Below, piece after piece: positions 10,430-25,880 of a stretch of 64,000 bases of DNA. The notes below the pieces were generated by a model. The model was not told where the DNA came from, did no database searches, and saw only the letters and a program-made list of their open reading frames with translations. The stretch covers positions 70,515 to 134,514 of the forward strand of contig MNCI01000503.1 of assembly GCA_015680685.1 (NCBI GenBank). Reading direction: 5' to 3'. This DNA is from Gnetum montanum. Lineage: Eukaryota; Plantae; Gnetophyta. The position numbers and the translations under genes were made by a program. The first letter of the stretch is position 1, and every line of letters starts with the position of its first letter.

Positions 10430-13296
10430 ATTCCTAGTTGCTAGTTGTTCTAATCTTGCCATGGATAGTGACTACATCAACATCAGACATGGAAAAATTT
10501 CCAAGATTTTTAGTGAGCATTTAAAACTTATCACTACCTATACCTAACTTAGACATGAATGGCAACAAACTATTATGGATATTTCTCTAATTTTTATTTT
10601 TTTGCAACCCATACTAATTTAAATTTAGTTATATACTAGCTATTTATGCTATTTTCTATTTACATGTCACTATCTGTACCTACCAAAAGAATCTGTAGTG
10701 ATCCCCTTATAGATTCTAAATTCATACCGACATCAAGTACTTTGAGATCTCTAATGACTCTATCCTAAGAATCCCCAACTTCTTCCTCCTTCACTTTTAC
10801 TTCAAGCCACTACTACATTGGATTAGACATTATTTTGTATTAAGGCTCCAACCTATGAATGTTCCGCCAACATCGACATCTAAGAACTCTCTATTTAAGG
10901 ATGAAAGACACAAGTTCTTAGTTTATGTAGCAATGTAGTTTGCTCATGCTTTCCATAGGTATGTGATGTGATCTTAACTCCTACAATTGATAAAAAATTA
11001 TGCTATTAGGTTATTATTGCAAAGTTATTAGATGATAGATATAAATTAGGAAGTGTTAGAATTAGGGTAAATACATTAGACAAGTCTAATTATTTTTTAT
11101 TACATATTTATAGTATGCATTACTTATTTTAACCTTGTTTGCATGAATATGATTCATGGATCTATCATGGATAAGATGACATCCTACAATGTTTGATGCA
11201 CCAAACTAGTCTATATTATACTTATTAAGACTTAACAAGAACTAGTGAGATCAATATAGGTGCTAAAATCGATCTTCACTTCATCTTCTTAAAAGTTTTC
11301 TTACAAACATTTATCCAAGACAAAACATAATCCTTCCTAAGAAACTTATTTATAGATGTAGTAATCTTTGAAAAATCCTCTAAAATTATCCTATAAATTT
11401 TCCTAGACCTAATAGGTTTCTAATTTCATTCACTATAGTTAAAATAACCTATATTCTATCTTAGAAGAATCCATAACTACACCTATTTTTTATCACACAT
11501 GATTGAGGAACTATATCTTTATCTTTTAAAATGATCACTTAGAAGCATGAGCATACTGTTGTTATTCTCTTAAAGTCTACAAAAATTTACTTAGATGTTC
11601 ATTACGTTCCATCTCATCCATAGATTAAACCAAAATATCTTCAATAAAGACAATGATAAATTTATCTCAGTAAGAATGGAATACATCATGTATCATGTTC
11701 ATAAAAACTATTGGTACATTAGTGAGTCCAAAAGGCATGACTATGTTCTAAAAGTTCTCTTAGAAACATCCTAATCTTGTAATCGAACTTGATGATAACT
11801 AGACTTCAATTCAATCTTAGGAAATGCCTTAGCATACCTTAACTAATCAAACAAATCATAAATCCTAGCTAGAGGATGTTGATTTCTAATGATCACATGA
11901 TTCTATAACCTATAATCAATACATAGTCTTGAACTATCATCCTTTTTCTTCAAAATGAGCACTAGTGCACCCCACAATCAAACCCTTGATCAAATCATAC
12001 CTTTATGCAACTCTTGAATATGTATCTTAAGTTCTATCAACTTCATAGGAGACATCCCATGAGGTACCTTGGAAATTGATTGAGTTCTAGGCTCAAGTAT
12101 CATCATAAAATCCATCTTTTTATGCAAAGGCACTCTAGAAAGTTCTTTCTTAAATACACCCAAGAACTCTTAAATCCACAAAATCTAATATATCTTCTAC
12201 TTAGGTTCTTCATGCCATAAGATCATGAAGTAATTATCACTCTTCTTGAGTAACTATTGAAACTTCTTAGTTTCTACTAAGTCAAATTTGATCTATCTCT
12301 TATTTGTTTTTATTCTAACTTCTTTTTCACATGGTGATATATGTGTGAGAGACTTCTTCCTGCAATCAAAATATCCTCCATACTGAGCCAACCAATTCAT
12401 CTAGAAAAGCACATTATACTCTCCAAGTCCCATCATCATCAAATATCTATACCATAAATTACCTTGTATCATCACTTAGTTAAGAGCAATATCTTAGAAA
12501 TCATAACACCAAGAAAATGGATTATTTGAACTACCACAAAAGAACACAAGTTTGAAGGCATAAGATTCAAACCTACAACAACTCTAGGATCTGTAAAAGA
12601 ATAAATGACTCTAGGATTAAACAAGATTAAGAAAGAAAATCCACTAATATTACTTTTATTTCCATGATAATGTTGGATTGTTCATTTAAGGATTGATCTA
12701 TTAATACATAGAATCTTCCTATAAATTCTAAATTCATATTCTAAATAGCCTTTTATACAATGAGATGGTTGCTCTATCAATCTTATTTCAACCTACTATG
12801 TTTAGACACTCTCACTATGTCTTAGTTGGTCATAGGAATGACACTTTAGGCCCAAGCCTATAGTATCTAGTCTATCCACATGCAAAACATGTAGTCAAAG
12901 GATTAAAGACATGCTTTCTCCAAAGGTCCTAGCCCACTTAGAGTTTTCATGTTTGTTCATGGATTAAGATCTCCTCTTATTCTAATTCGATTTCTTCTTC
13001 TTATCCAAATATATGTTTTTCTCTATTGTCAAGGGCTCAGTATAAGCTACATTATACTCTATCGGTTTAAGGAGCACTAAGCATAGGCAAATTAGCTTAA
13101 TCAATTCATCAACAAAATGGTTTTCATCTCTCCTTATTCATCTTTTAGGTGAAGATGAAACTACATCATACTTAATAGTAGTGAGATTACCTTACTTCAA
13201 GTTTGATAGTTCTTTGGTCTTAGCCCTTCTAGACTCTTTAGATACATATCTCCCTTTGAAATCTCTAACAAAATCAATCCACTCAACTTCTATAGG
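10430..13296 (-). pseudogene. Element F (chromovirus/Tekay-like) gag-pol, left part
   Basis: RT VMPFGLTNVP..VFIEDIL (~11630-11745); gag EWIDFVRDFKGRYVSKESRRAKTKELSNLK; degenerate protease, RH and INT. Confidence 0.8.
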
Positions 13297-14147
13297 TGAT
13301 AAAACATTCCATATAAGGACTATGATATTGTAGATGTGATATTGTACCCTAGTATATGATACCATAGATATAATATAGTGGGTCATGATCATACCTATAA
13401 AGCTAATCTAGTATCATATTAAATCATGAAGTATTTACCAAAACTTAATGAAACTCTTGAAATTTGTTTTCATAAGGTTAGAAATAGTTATGAATGTCTA
13501 CAATGTGATGAATTACATTTGTATGACATCTTTATTTGAGTATATTATTCTTGGACACAATTCATGAATGAAAATAAAGATCAAGAGTGTTCTCCATCAT
13601 TGCACCATCTCACATAGAATAGATTTACTTTTCAATATTGTTTACTTTTACTACATCATTTATATTCCCTACATCTTTTACCATTACCATGTTCATTAGT
13701 AAATGTGGAATAAGCACAACTAGTTTTGATCATAAATTGTAATTGTTTATTCATCTAGTAGTGACTTTACTTGATTCACTCAGTAGTAAAGTTACTTGGT
13801 AATCCCAGTAACAATTACATCATTCTAGAACATGTACGACAAGCCAAGACTACATACTTATTTTCATAGGCTAGAATAGCTTTACATTTTCATTGTTCTT
13901 AGTTGATATAATTTATAACCATTTTTACTATGTCTACTATTAGTATACCTAGAGCCTACTAAAATCATTTTATCATATAACTCACTAAGGATTAAATCAT
14001 AAATTTTGCACTTACTAAGAGAGAAGACAATAATTGTGACCTTGTTATTAACTATACCGACATTATCCCTCTACAAATTATGAAATACTTGTGTATGAAC
14101 ACTTGTGACTTATATAATTGAGTGTTGAAATTCACTACCACTCATCA
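13297..14147 (+). repeat. D 5' LTR
   Basis: Colinear with 45165-45546 + 58754-59231; followed by PBS-like TGGTATCAG. Confidence 0.88.
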
Positions 14148-15099
14148 TTGGTATCAGTTTTAGAGATGTATCAATGTTTGCTAGTTAGTTGATCTTAAGA
14201 TAGTTCATTATATCAAATATCATCAAGTTTATTTTTTACACTTAAAATAATTTAAAAAAAATGCACATATTTAAGTGTTAATAAACTTAAAATGATTTCT
14301 ACACATAAAGTGAAGTTTTCACTTGCCATTGAGCTTAACAAAAGTAATAATAGAAACTATAATGAAGAAAATTAAGGTTAATTGATGTAAGCAAGAATAT
14401 CTTATGCTTTTGTTGATCCTTATTATCTTGATTTCACATTCATTTTCCACGAAGTTGAATAGTTTATATGAAAATACTTATAAGGTAATATTATCTTGAC
14501 ACTAGAACACTCAACATCATCTATGCTTCAAACAACTCTATTGAGATGAAATTTTGGTCATGTACAAAAAGGATATTAAGTTACTAAGAACATAACAAAT
14601 GTTATCATGGGAATAAGATATGAACAAGAAAAAAGAAAAGGGACATCATAAATAATTGTCCTTGTAGAAAAGGAATATGTATCATATAAAGTTACAAAGT
14701 CTTATCATTATTATAGATCCAACTCTCAATCAGATGTTTTCTACACTAAAGATCCTATAAAGTCAAAATTATATTCAACTCTTACAAAAATTCCTAGAAG
14801 AGATGAGGTAAACTATAGAATTAGTCAAAATTCAAGGCCTAAAACCTCTAACAAATCTAGAAGAGATGAATTAAGAATTCATAGAAAGAGAAACAACCAA
14901 TACAATTCTCCCAAGTCCACCATCCTCTTCATCACATCTATCAACAAACTCTAACAAGGGGGGGACAAAGATCAAGGAATCATGACCAAAAAAGAAGAAG
15001 GGATCATGAAAGACATACCAACACATGAAGACATCTTCATGCAAAAGATGATGATGAAGAAAATAGAAAAATTAAAATCAAGAATAAGAGAAGAGAATG

Positions 15100-18000
15100 T
15101 TATGAGCATTATAAGGATCATCACTACAACAAATAGTACAAACCTAAAGACTACGAAGAACCCCTATTGGCCACCTAAAGTATGATAAATATTAGAAAAT
15201 TAGTGTGCATATCTACTAGGCATATAAGGAATAGTTGCATCAAGCAAATTGATATAAATAAGATTTTATGATTTGAAGAAGAATATAATACACATCCACG
15301 ACATCACCTTCAAGCTTTCCATAATGCTTGCATCCGACAAAACATAGAGAATGATCTATAGAAATTGAAGTCATTTTTCAAAAACACTCATAAAGAAAGT
15401 GAAAAGATGGTACAAATTCTTAAAACCATAATCTATTAGAAGATGGAGTACCATGTTGGAGCTCTTTAATGATAGGTATTAAGCCTATTCTAGAGTGTCT
15501 CTAGCATGAATCTCTTGTAGCAATGGGTAGATATTATTCACAATTATATAGATGCCTAGGCCATGCATATTCTTAAAGGAAATAACTACAGAATATCATT
15601 GATGGAATAAGAAATAAAATAAGAGAAATACTTAGAGTGTATGCCCAAAGAATATTATTAGAAATAATAGCTCATCAAATTCTATGGTTATTGAACCAAG
15701 TAGCAAAAGAATAAGAAGAGCTACATAAAAGAGAATCAACCAATAGATATTTTTCTCTTAAACAAAGAGATGTTAGAATCTTTAAGATACAGGAAGAAGA
15801 AACAATGGAAGTGAAAGACTCTACCTATTTAGAAATTAGTAAATGATATTACAACAAAGGTAGAAAAAATATGGAATTCTAGAAATGAAAAGTTTACAAC
15901 AATATTTAACATAGTATAGGAGAAAACTAAATCAGAAACTAATAAGAATAAGTGCAAGAAGAAGAGGGATAACATATGTGACAATCTCAAGAATAAAGAA
16001 AAATTTACTATAGTAGAAAAGATCACAAACTCAAGTTTTGAAGATGAAAATGGATGTAATATGTACCAATATGAACATTCCAAGGGAGGTTATCCTATTA
16101 TGGCCTATTTACAAAATTTTGGAGCATTATTACTTAATTTAATTTTTTTCAAAAATCAAATGCTTATCAATAGACCTATCAACAATCATATTATCTAAGT
16201 AGGGCTTATCCTTAACCACAATAGTAGTGCCAATAGCAATGAGAACAACCATAATCATGGGGGACGCTACCACCAAGATAACAATATTTGTATCAACAAC
16301 TAGATTCTTACAAATATTATGTCTAGTATCTTATATGTGTCTTATATCTCTAAGAAGTACCTCTATCCAAGCTTTCTCTCACTACTATCCAATTGAGCAC
16401 CACAAACTTACAACCTCATGCATGAAATCATAACCTTATATGTTTCCACTCAAGTCAATATTATTAAGCTCCTAATTCTTTGCCACCAGTACCATCACCA
16501 ACAATGCAAAGAGAAATACCAACACAACTATAGCAAAAAAGTGCTACCAAACTAGTCAATACACAAGGGGACATTATAAGTAATAGTGAATCAACATCAA
16601 GAAAATGTCCTTTCTTTAGGACAATTCTAAAAACGTTATAAGGAATAGAAACCTCATCTAACCTTGCTTCTTCCATAGTTAGTCCTCAAATAAGCAATAT
16701 GCTTCAATTATCAATAAAAAAGAACTCAAATACCATCATTCTTACATAGACTATAACATAATGGATAAATGTAGGGGTGCTTTCCAAAAAAAAAATCTAT
16801 AAAGTCCTTTAATCTATCTCCAAATAGCAAAAACAAGCCATGAAAGACTCTATCAAATTCTAGATAGGGGCTGAATCTCATCTCTGAGAATATGTACAAT
16901 GCCTAGAATTTACCTCTATTGAAGAAATGTAACATCTTATTAGAGTTGATTAACCAATCTATTACTATTCCACTTGGATAAGTGAAGGATGTTGTAACTA
17001 CCATAAGTGACTAACCTTATTCTATAGACTTTCTTGCTATCCATGTAGGAAAGAATAAAAGAGGATTCTCTATCATTATGAGAAGATCATGACTTAGCAC
17101 TATGAATGCTAAGCTTGGTATCAAAGATTTGTCCTTGAAAATATTCAAGGAAGATGAAACTAGAGTCATTCAAAGACATATATTTTCATGTATCACATAC
17201 AGAAATATCAACTACAATTGCATGCAAAAAGTTTACACCACTAGCCAAGATAAAACTCTAGCATGCAAAAAGATGTGTTAAGAATATGTGTATACAACAA
17301 TATATATATGTAGTAGTCACGAAGAAAGAAGATACCCAATGGTTGACTAATGAAGTAGAATTAAATCAAACATATGCACAAAAGTAGCTGAAAAGATTAA
17401 TAGTACATATGTAGAAGAAACTGATAAAATGTAGCAGATACAATGCTAGCTTTCCCATAATAACTTTTAACAAGAAGAAAATATTGAATGGGGAGAATAA
17501 GAGATGCTATACAAGTATAAATAAGAACCTCTAAACTCAAAGCCATACTAAATATGCTTGAATATGATTTTTTAAAAAATAAAAAATTGTTTATTATAAA
17601 TTCTAATTTGGACAAGAAATAGAAAAAAAGACTATTGAACATAGTAAAATAATTACTTGCTATGTTCACATGATCTTATGATGAAATCATTGATATTGAT
17701 CCATGAATTTATCAACATCATATTTATACACATCTATCTATTAAGCAACAATGCTATCCTTGATGAAGATTGAACCTAAAACTTAAAGAAGCTATCAAAT
17801 AGGAACTAGAAAAGCTACTAAAGGTAGGGTTCATCTACCCTATTGCAAATAGTAAATGGGTTACCTCGTTGGTCATTTCCAAAAAAAAATGTAGTAAGTA
17901 GAGTGTCTATATAGATTTTTGATTATTAAACATGGTAACATTCAAGGATCATTTTCCTTTACCATTTGTTCATCAAGTTTTGGATACTATTACAAGGCAT

Positions 18001-19523
18001 TAGTACTATAGTTTTCTAGATGGATATAATGGGTGTAACCAAATATATGTCATATCAGAAGATCAATAGAAGATAACATTTATCAATCCATGGGGAAGAT
18101 TTTTATACAAGAAAATTTCATTTAGCTTGTATAATGCTCTAGAAACATTCTAGAGAATTGTACTTAGCATATTTCAAAAATCAATTGGTAACAAAGTTGA
18201 GATATTTATGGATGCTTTTTCTATCTATGAACTTCACTTTGAACAAGCTTTGGACTACTTAGAGAAACTTCTAAAATGATGTATTGAAAAAAAAAATTAA
18301 AGCTTAACTAGCAAAAGATCCATTTAATGATCCAACATGACCTAGTTCTAGGACATAAGGTGTTACCCAATGGAATAGAGATAGATCTAGAAAAAATAAA
18401 ATTCATCCAAAATATTACTTAAAGGTTACAAAGAGTTAAGGATATTAGATCATTTCTTGGTTACATAGGGTATTATAAAATATTTATTATGAATTTTTCA
18501 AGAATTACAAAACTACTTGTAAAATTGACAAAGAAAGATGCATCATTTCAATGGTCAGAAAAATACAAAAAGATATTTAAGAGTCTAAAATAGAAGCTAA
18601 TTGAGATATCAATCTTTCAAGATTCAAATTAGTCAAGACCTTTCTACATCATGATAGATTCTTCAAACTATGCATTAGCAGTAGTGTTGATTCAATTAGA
18701 TAATCAAACGAAACCATACTACATACATTATGTCAATTGAAACATTATAGGATCACAACTTAACTATATTACTGTAGAAAAGGAACATATTATTGTGGTA
18801 TATGCCCTTAAAAATTCAAATATTATGTGCTTGGATATTTAATCTATGTTCATTCTGATTATAGTGCAATTAGATTCTTAATGAATAGACCAACAAATAG
18901 TCTAGAAGTGAATATATGACTTGTTATATTGCAATAATTTAACATCACAATGATTAATAGGAAAAGAACATGAAATGTTGTAGCTTATCACCTATCAAGA
19001 CTAAGATGGAATCCTTAGGAGAATGAAGAATCTTTATCATATTAATTTTTCAATGAACTCTTATTTATGACCTTAGCATTGATTATAGAGTTAGCAGCAA
19101 AACCAAGGATAACTACTGACTTATCTAACTTCACAAGAACTTCCTAATGAATAGGATAAAAAGCAAAAAGAAAATTTTCTTAATAAAGTAAAATAATATG
19201 TAAAAGATCAAAAAAATTATTTAAAATATTTATGTAGATGGTCTAATCTAATAGTATGTTCTAAAGGAAAATTAGAAAAGAATCCTGCAAGATGTACATA
19301 AAGAACCACATGGTGGTCATTATGCAGGAAGAAGAATAGCACTAAAACCTCTAATGGTAGGCTACTTCTAGCCTATCATATTCAAGGATGCAAATTAGTT
19401 TATATAACCTTATGGAAGATGTCACAAGAATGGAGGACTAGAAGCAAAGAATAAAGAACCACATCAATGGATACAATCATTAGAACCATTCAATATGTGG
19501 TGAATTGATTTTGTGGGACCTAT
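15100..19523 (+). pseudogene. D gag-PR-RT-RH-INT (N-terminal part), heavily degenerate
   Basis: RT FLDGYNGCNQI and IFMDAFS; RH HIMIDSSNYAL; INT HGGHYAG and IDFVGPI, interrupted by B. Confidence 0.88.
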
Positions 19524-20951
19524 TAAAACACCACCAAGAAAATGCATGTTGTAACCTTTTTGACATTGTAATTTTTACCTCATAAAACCCAAGGCTGAAA
19601 TTTCATTATAAAATATGAATATTATAATCCATGAGATGCAATTTCACATACCTTACCTTTTGGAACTGAAAAAATGCCTCTAGAGTGGTTATAGCCTTAA
19701 TCCCCAAGTGAAAAAAGTCATATCATGCTTATATTTAGGCTTGGGGGGGTCAAATGCCTTTTGGACTATCAAAATTGGCATTTTCATGGGTTTTGTAAGG
19801 GGCATGACTTTTTCTATGCTAGAAATACCTATGTTCAGCATGGGGGGTGTAACATCACCTCTACCCAATGTTGGGGGATACACGTCGTACGCACCACCTA
19901 CCATTGCTACTACAACCCCAGCATTACTCTAGATGCTCCATCATGGATCCAACACCTTAACATTAGTCACACATCCCAGTGTTAATCCTGTAGCTCCAAC
20001 ATGTATGTCATACCCACAACATGATTCCTACAAGCCCAGCATTGCTCCTCAAGGTCAATGTGGGGTGAAAGAAGCTAGCATAGGTGAAATTTCCATTTAC
20101 TATTCTTAGTAACCAAAATATTTTTAGTACCTTGGAGGTATTAAGACTTAACATACATAGAAACCATGCTAGATTTTGACACCTACAACATCTCCACATA
20201 ACACCAATATATTGGTAATTAGACAAAAATTTGCAGTAAAATTTATGGTCATGAGACCTATAAATATCAAGCTCCAACATAATGAAAAGGTTCCACTTTT
20301 TAGCATTCAAGAGCTTTAAAATTCATTGTAGGAACAAATATTTTAATAGAAAACATTAGCATGGAACCCATAGCCATTGTAACCACTTTTACCCCCCTAA
20401 GATTGTGTGTGAGTTTGTGACAACATTGAACAACCTAGGCACCAAGATTCCCAACATGGCTCTTCTTGGTAGCCCAAAACTCACACACATCTTACCCCCT
20501 ATACCACGAACATTGCAGATTTGGTGAGAAGTACAACAAGGTTTCATAATTTTGGAAGTTGTGAAGCATCTAGATCATGGAGCTAACTATGGCATCCAAG
20601 GCTACTAGTTTCAATAGATTCCAAAACCTCAATGAAGTAAACTCTTTGCTTCCTCTGATACCACTTGTACATACTCTGAACTCTCTTTATTTTCATTATA
20701 ATAAAGTTTATAGTTCCATTTTTTTGTACAAGTTAGAGTATATTTATTTTCCATTTTGTGCTTCTATTTTCAGATCTGCATTGTATTTTTACTTTATTAC
20801 CCTTATTTATATTTTGTAAGTCCCTTGGTAATCGGCAAGACCATCCAGGGTTCCTTGAATCCTATCTTTTGGAGTCCCTTAGGGTTCAGGATTAATGTTG
20901 TTCTGGTCAAGATCTTTGGTTTTTTAGCAACTAAATTTTCCACTCGCTATA
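19524..20951 (+). repeat. B 5' LTR
   Basis: Roughly 85% identical by eye to 39255-40686; termini mutated to TA..TA; TATAAAT at 20259. Confidence 0.92.
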
Positions 20952-20957
20952 GTTTTC

Positions 20958-20973
20958 TGGTCTAGAAGGAGGG
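20958..20973 (+). promoter_or_regulatory. Primer-binding site, tRNA-Asn type
   Basis: TGGTCTAGAAGGAGGG versus TGGCGCTAGAAGGAGGG, the complement of the plant tRNA-Asn 3' end. Confidence 0.7.
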
Positions 20974-21799
20974 CCTTTACCCAAGTACTACATCAATCTA
21001 ATTGGCTATCAAAACAACATTACCTACAACTCTAAAACCTTCAATTTGCAACAAAACATTTCAGTTTTTAATAATTTTCTTTTGCTGCCACAACATCCAA
21101 CACTACCACCCATCCCCCTACCACCAAAATCCACCATGGAGGTTGTAGGTGATTTGAGTTTTAGGAAAATTTTCACAACAACTATTGGAAATTTTAATCC
21201 TAGCATTTGTATTCTACAAAACCCATCCTCCCTTATACTGCAAAATTTTTCTAGCAAAGCTAATGTTGGTGGTTCTGTCACCCAAAACCTTACCCTCTCT
21301 ACTGTGAAAATTTCACAACAAGGCCAACATGGGTGTTCCACCAAGGCCAATAAAAATTTGAAAAAATGAAGTTTTCATCTTAGTTTTTGACAAACAACCA
21401 TCAAACTTGCCAAAGGGAGACACCCCTAATTCTATGTGGGAGCATGTAAGATTTTTCATCTTACCCCCCTAACCCACACCCCCCCACCTTCCCTTCTTCT
21501 CCACTTTTCATCTTCAGCATGGACACTATTGGTAGGCCCAACATGGTGGGGGATTGACACAAAATTATTACTTTTTTGGAAGTAAAAAATATACCCCCTT
21601 TTATTTCAACCTACACTATATTTTACAATTGCAACGTACAATAGTTTGACAACCATACCCCTTCTACAGTTTAAAATTTTCATTTGCTAGAATTTTTATT
21701 TCCTTAGTTAATTAAACCCTCTATTAAGCCAACTTTAACACTTTCAATATGTTGTTCAAATAATCAACCATTTTTCATTTTAACTTCACTAACACATGG

Positions 21800-24700
21800 T
21801 CTAGCTAACAAGCTATAAGGATGTATGACCCCAAGGATCTTGTTGTGACCAAATGTAGGCAATTGTTAAGGCTTAGGGGGCAAAGCCTAGAATTTTTAGC
21901 TATAAACAAAGACCACCAATACTTCATCCATTCCAAGATTCAATCAAGCATGCTCATGCCAAGAATGGAAGCAAAGCCAGAAAGTAAGTATGAGCTTATG
22001 CATCATGATTGGAAGGAATACATGCCTTCCCCATATAATAAGATATTCCTCAATGAAACTTACATGCACATCATATCTTAATTAATTGAGATGGATGAAG
22101 AGGATGGGAAGGCTAGCTCCAACAAGCAATAAGAGGAAGAGGATGAGTTTGGAGTTGAGCCCAAATATGAGAACCTCAAGTGGGTGGGGGGAGGTGGGGG
22201 GCTTCCAACAATCAACCCCCAAATCCCCAATGCCTACCTCAATCCTACTTGCCTCTTTTACAAGACAAATCCCTTAGTTCATAACCCCTCCCTATCTGAC
22301 TATGTTTGGAAAAATGCTTGTTATAGTAGTGCACCAAACATAATCAGTGTTGCAAATAACAACCTTCCCCTTTTCCATGCCTTTCTTCACACAACCACAG
22401 TTTGTGCAGCCATCATAGGTGGTTGTGATCAGCACTAACCTCATTTTTACCTAGATGGCATCCACAGCAAGACCTCAATTAACCCAAGGATCACATACCC
22501 CTTTTGTCCCCTTTGTACCCTAGATACTATCACAAACCTCTTTTTCATTGTTTAGCCCACTTACAACCATGATGACCCAACCTTTCCCCTCAATGTCACA
22601 ACCTATCGTAAGACCATGGGCTTCTTAGATTACACCGCAACCTTTCATGCAAACTCCACAACCCATGGGGGCACCTCAAGGACTAGATCAAGCCTTCCAA
22701 ATGACCCAAGGCTTAATAGAAGAGTTACAGAGGCACAAGGCTTCCATGTCTTGGACTGTTAATATTATGGATTTCTATCAGGATGATCCCATCAGTCCTA
22801 CAATAAACTCATCCCTCATGAGTCCTCATTTCATAATTTACCAAGTACAATGGTGAAGGTAACCCCAACTCACACCTCATAATCTCTTATTGTGAGTGCT
22901 TGTTGTTGCAAGCCTAGCTACATACCATAATGTGAATCTTTTATATGTCTCTTATAGGAAAAGCCCTAGACTAGTACCATGCCTTATTAAGAGGATTCAT
23001 ATACTAACTAGAAGACCTGATTTTCCAATTTGTTAAACATTTCATGTACAACTTGAAACTTGATACAATCCTTAACCAACTAATGATGGTCAAGCAAGGA
23101 CCCCTTAAGCTAGTGCAAAAGTTCATCCAATGATGGAACGCTTTGCTTAATAAAATTTCAAAATTAATAGCTAAAACTCATCTTTTAGCTGTATTCAAGG
23201 GGATGGTTAATAACTTCATCAAGTCAAAATTATATTTCTTAGATCCACGATCACTTAGTTAGGCCTTCTCCTAAACTAAGAACATAAAGGATGTTGCAGA
23301 AGTCAACCATGACCCTGCCTATGTGACATACAAAAATCAAAATGCATGAAAGGACAAGGAGAGGGGAAGGCAAAATAATGTAGTAGTGGACACTATGGCA
23401 AAGAAAAGCAAAATGACCAACTAGAGGTCAAAAATGGACCAACCTAAGATCCCTACTAATAATAACCAACCTTTGGTGTCTAGGGACCCTACATTGACTA
23501 CTTTGTGGGCTATCTTTGAATGAAAAGACTAGTCAAAATATATTAGGCTACCCTTAGAGGAATTAGAACTCCTTGACCCATTATTAAAGAGTGGTAGGAT
23601 ACAATATAAGAAAATGATAGAAAATGCCTATAAGAGGCATGAGAGGCTATGTGAGATAGCCAAAGATGTCACTCATGCAACAAAAAATGACCCTCCAATG
23701 CCTAGATACTTTAAGCATGGCCACTTTTGTCACTATCATTAGTTATTAGGTCATGATATTAACTTTTGCATTGTGCTAAAGGATGAACTAAAAAAGATGA
23801 TAGATAAGGATGAATTGGTGCTTAACACCTCGAACCTAGTTAGGCCTTAGAATCAATCAATGTAGGTCTATAATGATCCATTGAGCACCAACAATAACCC
23901 ATATACTATAGTGACATTCAATTTCAACAATGATCAAAAACCTACGAGGGAACCATTTGTGATTTGGATACCTCCTCACAACAAAAAGGGATCTTCAACT
24001 TCCACTAGTTTAAGGTCCTCCTTTATTGTAAGGATATCATCACCTCACCAACACTCCCCAAGAAGACTTTCATAATTAGAGTAACCGCCTCCTTCCATTA
24101 TAAATGAGTCCACTCATACAACTAAACAACAACCCCCTATGGTGATCAATGTAATAACTTCTTCCTCCCAACAAACGAATGACAACAAAAAGTCTCCAAC
24201 CAAATAACAAAAGAACCGATGCAAAAGTCTTAAGATAAAAATAATAAGCAAGCCAAGATAGGAAAGGAAGTGAACCCACCAAAGCCCACTCTCATCTCAT
24301 CCATTTCCATAACCTCTACTACCTAGGCCACTATGACTAGAAAACCACAAGAATAATCAAAGTCCCAAGCGAAGGGGAAAGAGGCTAAGCCACCACAACT
24401 GAAACATGAAGTTCACATTTTGGGGTGCATGTAGGAAGTTAAGAATACTAAGATCAGAAATCATGTGGCCAACAACAAAGACTTCCTCAATGTGATGAAA
24501 TAGGTCAAACAATAATTAAAGCAAAAAAATACAACCCTTAGCCTTTATGACCTTGTCATGACCTCTATTACACATCATGAGGTGCTAGTTAAGATGTTGA
24601 CCTTCATTCCCATTAGCAAGGACATCCCCACTAGTGAAGAATTCATCCATGTAGTGATGGTACCATCTTTACCTAGGGAACAAATGAGGTCAAAATCACT

Positions 24701-25385
24701 AGTGTTTTGGCATAGCAAAATCAAAACCAATCCTAGAAATAGCAAGGTAACCAAGGCTCCTCTTTTTATAACAATAAGGGTGGAATAATATAAAGTGAAT
24801 GTAGATGATGGGGTGGCCACAAATATGATACCCTATACCATCATTGAGCATTTAGGTCTAACTGAACACATAGAGCACACCTTAACATCAACTCTTAAAT
24901 CCTTCAATGGATCGTGGGTTGTTGTCAAGGGATCTATCTCTTTAGACTTTATGGTAGGAGAGAAATTCTCCACAATGACCAGCTTCTTGGTGATGGAGGA
25001 AACTCTAGGATTTAACCTTATCTTGGGGAGGCCTTGGCTAGCTCAATTACAAGTTGTCTCTTCACCCATCCACCAAGAAATTCACATATCTTATGAGGGA
25101 GGTAAAATTATCATCCATGGTCATACTACAGTTCCCCTAGTAGTTAATAACATAGACATAGAACAAGGGTCTGAAGTGGAGTTTCAAGAAGAAACTCATA
25201 GCCACCAAGTTAAGAAACCCAATGAAGCAAAAGAGGCCAAAACAATGATGATGGATCTAGGGATCCACTATGGGGAGAGCTCCCATTCAACATCGTTAGT
25301 CAAGGAGATGGGGAATACAATTGTACAAAATAGACTATATACATTTTCTAATTTCTTAAAGATTAAGCAACATTTACACAAGTGA
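21800..25385 (+). pseudogene. gag: B gag and aspartic protease
   Basis: KYNGEGNPNSHL (~22843); Tat-type knuckle CHYH*LLGHDINFC (~23728); protease VDDGVATNMIP..FNLILGRPWL (24795-25040). Confidence 0.88.
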
Positions 25386-25669
25386 TTTGAGCTCTTGATC
25401 CTGCCACCCTATGCACTTGTAGCCATGTAGCCATATGTACTTATAACCTTTTAACCTAGTTTACACTTTTCCTATTTATGCCATTTTGTTAAATTTTAAT
25501 TTACATGTAGCTTAAAGCTTATCCTTGCTTGCATTTTTACTTATTAAAGCCTTTCCTTTTCTCTTTTAGCATGATAAATATAAAAACACCATAAAAAATT
25601 TAAAGCCAGAAAATCCATAAAAACTTTAAAACAAAAAATAGACAAAAAAAATATGTTTTTCTTTACAAC

Positions 25670-25880
25670 ATCATGGTCCACCATGGCCTAAAACTCGAAA
25701 CAAAATTAAACCCACCATGGCCTAAACCTAGCAACAACATTAGGACCCGCAATGGCCTAAAATTGGCAAGACATATGCCTTGCTATGGCCTTAAACTGGA
25801 AAACAGTGTATGGCTTACCATGATCTTAAACTGGCAAAACATCACATGGCTTGCCATGGCCTTAAACTAGCAAAACATCA
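25670..25880 (+). repeat. ~30-bp tandem repeat (CATGGCYYRCCATGGCCTWAAACTRGCAA-like), ~7 copies
   Basis: Direct reading; the same unit occurs at 34015-34050, 34330-34390 and 6835-6925. Confidence 0.75.

Noticed and set aside
19689-20965. Short ORFs within the LTRs
   Set aside because: Frames are not conserved between the LTR copies
25670-25880. CRISPR-like short repeats
   Set aside because: Degenerate head-to-tail units with no unique spacers or cas genes, in a eukaryotic TE
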